Virus record (IMG/VR): IMGVR_UViG_3300020029_000001
Coordinates: 1 to 6,124 of that record
Length of the DNA: 6,124 bases
Strand: one strand, 5' to 3'
Origin: a virus
The translations under genes and the position numbers were made by a program. The first letter of the stretch is position 1. Every line of letters starts with the position of its first letter. Shown here one piece after another: positions 1 through 5,539 of this stretch. The notes under the pieces are model-generated. The model searched no databases. It worked only from the letters and a program-made list of their open reading frames with translations, and had not been told where the DNA came from.

Positions 1-121
1 CCAAAGTATTATAACGAGGCTCTGCTTGATCCGTCCTGGTTTATTCGAAAATTCAACGAACGCCTACGTCACAAACTCGGTCATTCGTTTAAACATGCTT
101 TTTTCCAGGAGTTTGGTACTC
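1..121. repeat. Terminal direct repeat, copy 1 (circular-genome assembly overlap)
   Basis: Bases 1..121 (ccaaagtattataacgagg...ggagtttggtactc) are identical to 6004..6124. The offset is 6003 nt, a multiple of 3, so the Rep reading frame is continuous across the junction. Confidence 0.95.
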
Positions 122-807
122 ATCCAGAAACAGGAAGTGAGCCTCGATTGCATTTTCATGGCTTCTTATTTGGCACAAACGTCCTCTATAACACGATTCG
201 TTCTGCTGTTCGAGACCTTGGTTTTGTTTGGTTAGCGAAAGCAACCCACAAGCGTGCTCGTTACTGCGTTAAGTACGTCACTAAGCAAATTCAATTCAAC
301 CCCGATGAAATTTCGGATAAATATGTTACCGTAAATGGAAACCTTACACCTTTATCTTGCCTCCTCCAACATCGCCGTTATACGCGAAAATTCGTATCTG
401 CTGGCGTTGGTGACTTTCTTGGTTATATGCCTCGTCCTTCTTCTCGTGTCTCGTCGTGGTCTTATTTTGATATTGAGAAGCGTATCAATTATAATTACTC
501 GATTCCTCGATATTATCTTAGATACCTTAAACCGGAAGACGACGTTATTCGCTCGGTTGCCGCTGCTGATGCTTATTCACGTTTTAGCAAGTCTCCTCTG
601 GTTAAGCGTATTGTGTCTCTGTGTGTTGAGCGGTTCAACCTCAATTCCTCCGTATCCCGTAGAGAGAGCTATACGTGGGAGCAAAAGCAAATAATGCGTT
701 TTTCCGCCTCCTCTCACAAGATGCCTGATTTCGATCCTCCAACGTGGCTGGATTTGGACATTCTTCAATTTTGGAGAGATCACTATAAACTTCAACTAAA
801 CATTTAA
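1..807 (+). CDS. Rolling-circle replication initiator (Microviridae VP4 / gene A-like), 3' portion; continues from 5740..6003 on the circle
   Basis: Frame 1 is open from base 1 to TAA at 805..807. The HUH motif L-H-F-H-G-F-L-F sits at 148..171 (H-F-H at 151..159). The TTG at 148 used as a start by the ORF track is an internal Leu. A two-tyrosine catalytic motif Y-C-V-K-Y-V-T-K lies at 262..285, the same YxxKYxxK pattern as phiX174 protein A. The joined product is 356 aa. Confidence 0.9.
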   Translation, partial: PKYYNEALLDPSWFIRKFNERLRHKLGHSFKHAFFQEFGTHPETGSEPRLHFHGFLFGTNVLYNTIRSAVRDLGFVWLAKATHKRARYCVKYVTKQIQFNPDEISDKYVTVNGNLTPLSCLLQHRRYTRKFVSAGVGDFLGYMPRPSSRVSSWSYFDIEKRINYNYSIPRYYLRYLKPEDDVIRSVAAADAYSRFSKSPLVKRIVSLCVERFNLNSSVSRRESYTWEQKQIMRFSASSHKMPDFDPPTWLDLDILQFWRDHYKLQLNI

Positions 808-810
808 TTT

Positions 811-2604
811 ATGGGAAAACAACCTTTTATTTCGCATGCCGTAAACGGTTATTCTCGATACGACGTTCCCGAGAGTAAGGCGTTTACGTGTACACCAGGT
901 ATTTTATATCCGGTGCGGATCGATTTTATCAATGCTCGAGATCGCGTATCCATTGAGCAAGGCATCGACGTTCGTAGCAATTCGCTCGCCGTTCCGTCAT
1001 TCAATCCTTACACCATTCGTTTGCATCGTTTTTGGGTGCCGCTTCAGTTGTATCACCCTGAGTTGAGGACGAATAGTAGTAAGTTTGATATGAATAATTT
1101 GAGCTTGAACTTCGTTGCCGCTTCGTCAACCGCTTCTTACGCATTCACTTACAATAACTATCCCTATTCCAACTCGTTGCTTCGTTGGTTACGCATTATT
1201 CCCGCTTCTATCCCGGCAACAACTTCTAGTAACGTTCCTATGTCGCCGAACCTTACGACCGCTCAATTGGGATATCCCTTAGGTTGGTGCACTGCCGATT
1301 CTTATCTTGCTTATTGGGATATCGTCCGCAATTACTATGGTTATTCCCAGTGGGGACTTTACTCTTTTGCTTGGCCCAGCACTTGGTGGTTCGTCCCTAA
1401 TAGCACTGGTACTGCGTATAATGTCCCTCAGTTCGCTGACAAATCGGTGTTTTTCTCGCAAAGATTCGGAAATCTCGAATATCTTGATGCTTATTATGAA
1501 AGCCAATTTTACCCTTCGGCTGTAGGTTCGTCGAACAATACGTATAATAGAGGAAATCTTTTTTCCCAGATATTACTTTCAGACCTTGGCGCTACGATTA
1601 CTGCTTCCAGAGATGGTTACCCTGTTTCTACTATTTATCCTGGAAGCACCTCGCTAACTACCGCAGGCCCCGCGAATCAATTTGCTACTAACCCTGGTAC
1701 TTCGACCGTCACTACGCTTGGGGCGTTTTTAGTGTCTCATCCGATGGCTGTTGTACCTTCAAACCCCGATCGATATAGTCGCCTGCTCCCCGTCGGCAGT
1801 TCTGAGGGTGTTTCTATGACCGGCGTTTCAACTATACCACAGTTGGCTATTGCTTCTCGTCTTCAAGAATATAAGGATTTGCTTGGTGCTGGTGGTAGTC
1901 GATATAGCGATTGGTTGGAAACATTCTTTGCATCGAAAATCGAGCACGTTGATCGTCCTAAACTTTTATTTAGCGCCTCACAGACCGTTAATGTTCAGGT
2001 TGTTATGAATCAGGCCGGTGCTAACAATTTCGAAAGCGATCAATACTCCATGCCTGCCCTTGGACAGCAAGGTGGCGCTATCGCTTTTAACGATCGCCTT
2101 GGTCGTCGACAGTCCTATTACTTCCGCGAACCTGGTTATTTGATTGACATGCTGAGTATTCGCCCCGTCTACTATTGGGCAGGCGTCTACCCTGATTATC
2201 TCCATTACACTGGTGCTGATTATTTTAATCCGATCTATAACGACATTGGATATCAGGATGTTCCTGGGTTCCAGTTTGGTTTCGGAACTACTTCGGCCTC
2301 GGAGACCGTAGCCTACGAACCGTGTTTTAACGAGTTTCGATCCTCGTATGACGAGGTTCTTGGTCAGCTGTCTCGATTCCAAGGTACTGCTACCAGTGTA
2401 CCTCTTTATTCTTATTGGGTTCAACAGCGCGTTTTGTCGGCGAGCTATAATCAGTATTACTCCCTTCTGTTCGTGGATATTGATAATGTAAACTCTCCGT
2501 TCGCTTCCAAGACGGAAGATAACTTTTTCGTTAACCTTTCGTATTCTGTTCAGAAGAAGAACTTAGTTAATAAAACATTTGCAACCCGTTTGTCTAATCG
2601 TTAA
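811..2604 (+). CDS. Major capsid protein (Microviridae VP1 / F-like), 597 aa
   Basis: This is the longest ORF. Its ATG lies 3 nt after the Rep stop. Codons end strongly in T. The N-terminal region (GILYPVRIDFINARDRV...IRLHRFWVPLQLY) and the aromatic, Gly-rich C-terminal half resemble the conserved jelly-roll core of non-Bullavirinae microvirus capsid proteins. A long S/T/N-rich insertion resembles the variable surface loop of those proteins. Recognition is by eye, not by search. Confidence 0.88.
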   Translation: MGKQPFISHAVNGYSRYDVPESKAFTCTPGILYPVRIDFINARDRVSIEQGIDVRSNSLAVPSFNPYTIRLHRFWVPLQLYHPELRTNSSKFDMNNLSLNFVAASSTASYAFTYNNYPYSNSLLRWLRIIPASIPATTSSNVPMSPNLTTAQLGYPLGWCTADSYLAYWDIVRNYYGYSQWGLYSFAWPSTWWFVPNSTGTAYNVPQFADKSVFFSQRFGNLEYLDAYYESQFYPSAVGSSNNTYNRGNLFSQILLSDLGATITASRDGYPVSTIYPGSTSLTTAGPANQFATNPGTSTVTTLGAFLVSHPMAVVPSNPDRYSRLLPVGSSEGVSMTGVSTIPQLAIASRLQEYKDLLGAGGSRYSDWLETFFASKIEHVDRPKLLFSASQTVNVQVVMNQAGANNFESDQYSMPALGQQGGAIAFNDRLGRRQSYYFREPGYLIDMLSIRPVYYWAGVYPDYLHYTGADYFNPIYNDIGYQDVPGFQFGFGTTSASETVAYEPCFNEFRSSYDEVLGQLSRFQGTATSVPLYSYWVQQRVLSASYNQYYSLLFVDIDNVNSPFASKTEDNFFVNLSYSVQKKNLVNKTFATRLSNR

Positions 2605-2616
2605 TATATTGATCTT

Positions 2617-2913
2617 ATGGCACTTGATTGGTTACTTGAAGATTCACCCGCCTATATCTCTCGTGGTCAGCGTATCCTTTCCGTTCTTAATGGCTCTGGG
2701 TCCGTTGACGTCCTTCCTGGTCGTCCGGATGTGATAGCCGAACCTTCTGATTTTGAGAAGGGAGAGAAGTTCAACCCTGATATAGATTTCGATCCTAACT
2801 CCTTTTCTCGTATGGATAAGTTTGACGGCCTCGAGGTTGGACAGGAACTTATTGATTCTCAGTTAGATAAGTCTAAGTCTACCTCAAAGCCTTCCGATTC
2901 TGAAGAAAAATAG
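2617..2913 (+). CDS. Hypothetical acidic protein, 98 aa (possible internal scaffolding protein)
   Basis: The ATG lies 12 nt after the capsid stop, with the same A/T-rich, SD-less leader as the other genes. I count about 21 D/E against 11 K/R (net about -10). The sequence looks low in complexity and probably disordered. Its position next to the capsid gene fits a scaffold role, but I recognise no diagnostic motif. Confidence 0.55.
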   Translation: MALDWLLEDSPAYISRGQRILSVLNGSGSVDVLPGRPDVIAEPSDFEKGEKFNPDIDFDPNSFSRMDKFDGLEVGQELIDSQLDKSKSTSKPSDSEEK

Positions 2914-2943
2914 TATATCCTTTACTTGAAGATATATGCTACG

Positions 2944-3016
2944 TGCGCGGACCCCTTCTGTAAGAGTCCGTGAATTTCTGAAGGTTATTGGTAACGACTG
3001 CAGGAGAGGCCGCGCA
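2944..3016 (+). other. Long imperfect stem-loop A in a GC-rich intergenic island, followed by T5
   Basis: 2944..2950 (tgcgcgg) pairs with 3010..3016 (ccgcgca) and A2951 is bulged. 2952..2962 (ccccttctgta) pairs with 2999..3009 (tgcaggagagg) with 1 mismatch and 2 G:T wobbles. That gives a basal stem of about 17 bp enclosing 36 nt. A TTTTT run follows at 3017..3021. Confidence 0.5.
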
Positions 3017-3060
3017 TTTTTCTATCGTTCTTTATTTAATTGTTTACACCATTGTGGCGA

Positions 3061-3116
3061 GGTGTCGCATTTCGCGGTTCGGAGAACCGCCCCGAACGAA
3101 GTGAGGGTGCGGCACC
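3061..3116 (+). other. Composite stem-loop B in the GC-rich intergenic island
   Basis: The outer stem pairs 3061..3069 (ggtgtcgca) with 3108..3116 (tgcggcacc): 8 Watson-Crick pairs plus 1 G:T. It encloses a perfect 7-bp hairpin, 3074..3080 (gcggttc) pairing with 3084..3090 (gaaccgc), loop gga. Confidence 0.55.
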
Positions 3117-3142
3117 GTAGCTTCCCTTAAATTTTCAATATC

Positions 3143-3334
3143 ATGTCAGACGCTAAACAACCTTTCTATAAATCAAAGGCTTTCTGGACGCTCGTTTCAT
3201 CTATCATTGCTGCGTTGGCTGCCTTTTTTCTCTCTTCTTGTTCAGCTCAAGCTAGGATGCAGCGTAGTGGCGTTCATATTGACACAGTTCGCGTTGATTA
3301 CATCATTCGTTCTAACAATTTAACCCACATATAG
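3143..3334 (+). CDS. Small putative lipoprotein / membrane protein, 63 aa (candidate lysis or exclusion factor)
   Basis: The N-region is basic (K5, K10, K12). An uninterrupted hydrophobic segment runs W15..L30. A lipobox-like L-S-S-C covers residues 30-33 (nt 3230..3241), which would leave a 31-aa mature peptide. Codons end mostly in T like the core genes. The TAG stop (3332..3334) is 1 nt before the VP2 ATG. Confidence 0.6.
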   Translation: MSDAKQPFYKSKAFWTLVSSIIAALAAFFLSSCSAQARMQRSGVHIDTVRVDYIIRSNNLTHI

Positions 3335-3335
3335 T

Positions 3336-4586
3336 ATGCCTGATCATATTGTTGCCTCTTCCTTTGGCCAGGCTCTTGGTCAGTCGGCCGCATCTACTGG
3401 TACTACCGGTTTAATTTCTGGCGCGCTCGGTCAACTTTTTGGAGGCATGAATGCCCGCCGACAGTGGAAATATCAGCAAAAACAAATGGCTCTTCAGCAA
3501 AAGTACTCTTTAGAGCAAATGCAAAAACAATCTGAGTTATCCTACGCTAATTGGCAGAAACAGTTCGATTATGAGAATGCTTACAACGATCCTTCGAAGG
3601 TCTTTGATCGTTATTTAAAGGCTGGTGTAACCCCCGCCGCCGCTTTAGGCTCTTCCGGTGTTGGCGTAAATGCCACTATGTCAGGAGGTTCTGCGTCTAC
3701 ACCCTCTGCTTCTGGTCCCTCCGGCGGCTCCCCGATTGCCCCTGGTGGCTTTGCTCCTGTTGATCCTACCTCTATTGCTCAAAATATGATTGCCCAGTCT
3801 ACGGTTGACCGCAATACTGCTGCCGCTAATCGAGATGACGCGGAGGCTGATTTAATGCGTGGTAATACGCACAGCCTTGAATGGCGTAAAGATATGGATA
3901 CTCTTGAAAAGAAAGCTCTTGAGCACAACATTAATAACGTACAAGAACTCGTTCGTCTTAATCGTGCTCTTGCTGATATACACGCTGCTGATGCTGAGTA
4001 CGCTGATCTTATGGCTACTTACAAATTTCAAGACTTTGTGGCTATGTACGCGAAGCATGTCGAGGAAGCGAATCAGATTAAGCGATTCAATGATAAGTAT
4101 TTCGACTCTGTTTATGCTGCACAGGTCGCTCGAGATTATGCTGCTGCCTTCGAATCTGCCGCCTCTGGCGACGTCTTGAATGTTGAATCTGAAATACGTA
4201 AAGTTAATCTGGCTGATCTTCGCGAGTGGTTCGCCCTTAATTGGGATTCGGAAATCGACGTTCCCGAGGTTAATGAGAAGGGCAAACCTACCGGCAAGAC
4301 GATTAAGATGACAGGTCGCCAGATTCATCAGAGACTAATGGGCTTAGCCGCCTCGGAAGGTGAGCAGGGACTCTCAGGCCGTTGGTTTCAAAACCGATCA
4401 AGTAAAAACGCTTTTGGCTATAGTATGGCTAGAACTGCTTTGTCTGGCGCCATAGCCATCGCCGGCTCGGCTGTCGCGAAGCGTCCTGTTTCTGTCGGTT
4501 ATGAAGAAAGTAGAGAAAATTACGATAAATACGGTGAGTATTCTGGAGGCTCGAGAGTCACCCGTCGCAATATGATGACAAAATGA
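3336..4586 (+). CDS. Minor capsid / DNA pilot protein (Microviridae VP2 / H-like), 416 aa
   Basis: The N-terminus is rich in Gly, Ala and Ser (GLISGALGQLFGG). It is followed by a Q/K-rich segment and the motif YNDPSKVFDRYLKAGVTPAAALG, which resembles the conserved N(S/T)P..Q..R...AG(L/V)NP block of VP2 proteins. The central region looks long and helical (coiled-coil-like), as expected for a pilot-tube protein. Confidence 0.8.
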   Translation: MPDHIVASSFGQALGQSAASTGTTGLISGALGQLFGGMNARRQWKYQQKQMALQQKYSLEQMQKQSELSYANWQKQFDYENAYNDPSKVFDRYLKAGVTPAAALGSSGVGVNATMSGGSASTPSASGPSGGSPIAPGGFAPVDPTSIAQNMIAQSTVDRNTAAANRDDAEADLMRGNTHSLEWRKDMDTLEKKALEHNINNVQELVRLNRALADIHAADAEYADLMATYKFQDFVAMYAKHVEEANQIKRFNDKYFDSVYAAQVARDYAAAFESAASGDVLNVESEIRKVNLADLREWFALNWDSEIDVPEVNEKGKPTGKTIKMTGRQIHQRLMGLAASEGEQGLSGRWFQNRSSKNAFGYSMARTALSGAIAIAGSAVAKRPVSVGYEESRENYDKYGEYSGGSRVTRRNMMTK

Positions 4587-4632
4587 ACAATCTCCCCGAC
4601 CTTTTGAACTTTACTACTCATTCTTTTTGCCG

Positions 4633-4640
4633 TATATTTG
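4633..4640 (+). promoter_or_regulatory. Candidate Bacteroidota-type -7 promoter box (TAtaTTTG)
   Basis: It matches the TAnnTTTG -7 consensus described for Bacteroides promoters. It sits in the 80-nt VP2/106-aa intergenic gap, 27 nt before the ATG at 4667. The upstream TTTG at 4603..4606 is spaced wider than the consensus. The motif occurs about 5 times on this strand, close to chance expectation. Confidence 0.25.
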
Positions 4641-4666
4641 TATCGTAAACCAATAACCACACTACC

Positions 4667-4987
4667 ATGAAAAAAGTAAGTAAAAAGTCCAGAACTGACG
4701 ATCTGTTAATTGACCTTGTAGAGTACATGTTCGTTGAGTGGCTTGTTCGTCGAGGTGTATTTACCGCTTTTAAGTCGAATTACGAGCATGCCTTTTCGCT
4801 TCGTGCGGGCTTCCGTGAACGCCTTCGCGGTCAGATTCGACGCGCTCTCAATGGTTCTGGTTTCGGCGTAAGCCACCTTATCACTTCCTCGTTTCTGTTT
4901 ACTTCGACACCTGAAGGTGTCAAGTTTTGGGGCAAAGAGTCTGCCGCCTGGGAGCGTTTTTGCGTTAAATTCCAAGTAAAACTTTAA
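4667..4987 (+). CDS. Hypothetical basic protein, 106 aa
   Basis: It has an ATG with an A/T-rich, SD-less leader and T-ending codon bias like the core genes. I count about 19 K/R against 10 D/E (net about +9), with a lysine-rich N-terminus (MKKVSKKSR). I recognise no family. Confidence 0.6.
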   Translation: MKKVSKKSRTDDLLIDLVEYMFVEWLVRRGVFTAFKSNYEHAFSLRAGFRERLRGQIRRALNGSGFGVSHLITSSFLFTSTPEGVKFWGKESAAWERFCVKFQVKL

Positions 4988-4998
4988 ATTATATTACT

Positions 4999-5322
4999 AT
5001 GACACAGATTCATATCGTTGTCCGGCGTGTTAGTCCGGCCCTCAAGGTTGACCTCGTCCAGATAGGTCGTCTCAAAGATGGTCAGTTTGATCCACTTCCT
5101 CTCGGCGCTTTTGCGAACACTCCTATTGCACGCTTCTTGGAGAGTTCGGATATTAGCGACTCACTTTACGTCAAACACTCGAAAATTACTGATCTTATTG
5201 CTGCTTGTGAAGGTCTCCCCGGCTTTGGCGTCGAGTTTTTTGACAATACGATAGTTCTCATGTTCGATTTTGATCTCAACTACGATGAAGGCGCGACGAA
5301 AGAAGAAGGGAAAGGGCACTAA
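4999..5322 (+). CDS. Hypothetical acidic protein, 107 aa
   Basis: The ATG lies 11 nt after the previous stop with the same leader style. I count about 16 D/E against 10 K/R, with an acidic, Lys-containing tail (DEGATKEEGKGH). I recognise no family. Confidence 0.58.
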   Translation: MTQIHIVVRRVSPALKVDLVQIGRLKDGQFDPLPLGAFANTPIARFLESSDISDSLYVKHSKITDLIAACEGLPGFGVEFFDNTIVLMFDFDLNYDEGATKEEGKGH

Positions 5323-5365
5323 AGTTGTGACCCGCCCGCTTGGTGGAAGAGTTCTTTGATGCAGT

Positions 5366-5397
5366 GGACCTGTGGGAGACTCTTCTCCTGCAGGTTC
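5366..5397 (+). other. Strong 14-bp hairpin in the second GC-rich intergenic island
   Basis: 5366..5379 (ggacctgtgggaga) pairs with 5384..5397 (tctcctgcaggttc) through 11 Watson-Crick pairs plus 3 G:T. The loop is ctct. The 3' arm contains the 8-bp palindrome CCTGCAGG. Confidence 0.55.
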
Positions 5398-5479
5398 CCT
5401 CATTGCTATATACCCTTCGAGCCGTTAAGAGCGCGGCGAGTAAGTGTTTCCGGAGCCGATGATATCGCGGACGCGAGAT

Positions 5480-5520
5480 CGAGGCCCGAAACAGCGCAGC
5501 CCGCTTAGGCTCGTGTTTTG
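5480..5520 (+). terminator. Candidate intrinsic terminator (GC-rich composite stem-loop plus T-tract)
   Basis: 5480..5483 (cgag) pairs with 5510..5513 (ctcg) and 5485..5486 (cc) pairs with 5508..5509 (gg), with G5484 bulged. The inner hairpin pairs 5493..5496 (agcg) with 5502..5505 (cgct). The sequence tgttttgtgaattaattttttt follows. The stem is interrupted, so this is not a textbook terminator. Confidence 0.3.
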
Positions 5521-5539
5521 TGAATTAATTTTTTTAACC

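Noticed and set aside
26-235. A 69-aa ORF starting at TTG 26.
   Set aside because: It is an alternate-frame ORF inside Rep with a non-ATG start, and it partly lies in the duplicated terminal segment. There is no supporting signal.
467-474. TTGATATT inside Rep, matching the core of the phiX174 + origin (CAACTTGATATTAATAAC), which also lies inside gene A. A looser GATATTGATAAT occurs near 2476.
   Set aside because: An 8-nt A/T-rich match is plausible by chance in a T-rich 6-kb genome. This Rep is distant from phiX174 protein A, and there is no flanking similarity.
148-807. The track's 219-aa ORF treated as an independent gene.
   Set aside because: Its start is a TTG encoding the Leu of the LHFHGFLF HUH motif. 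The frame is open upstream to base 1 and continues from 5740 on the circle, so this is only the tail of Rep.
5334-5506. An 8-nt direct repeat, gcccgctt, at 5334..5341 and 5499..5506, flanking the second island.
   Set aside because: There is a single pair of 8-mers in a GC-rich stretch, which cannot be told apart from chance.
5444-5539. The N-terminal 32-aa extension (GTG start) of the 98-aa ORF.
   Set aside because: The GTG immediately follows a stop. The codons here are G-ending and CG-rich, unlike the rest of the genome, and the region overlaps hairpins. The ATG at 5540 has the typical leader. ATG 5459 remains a possible alternative.
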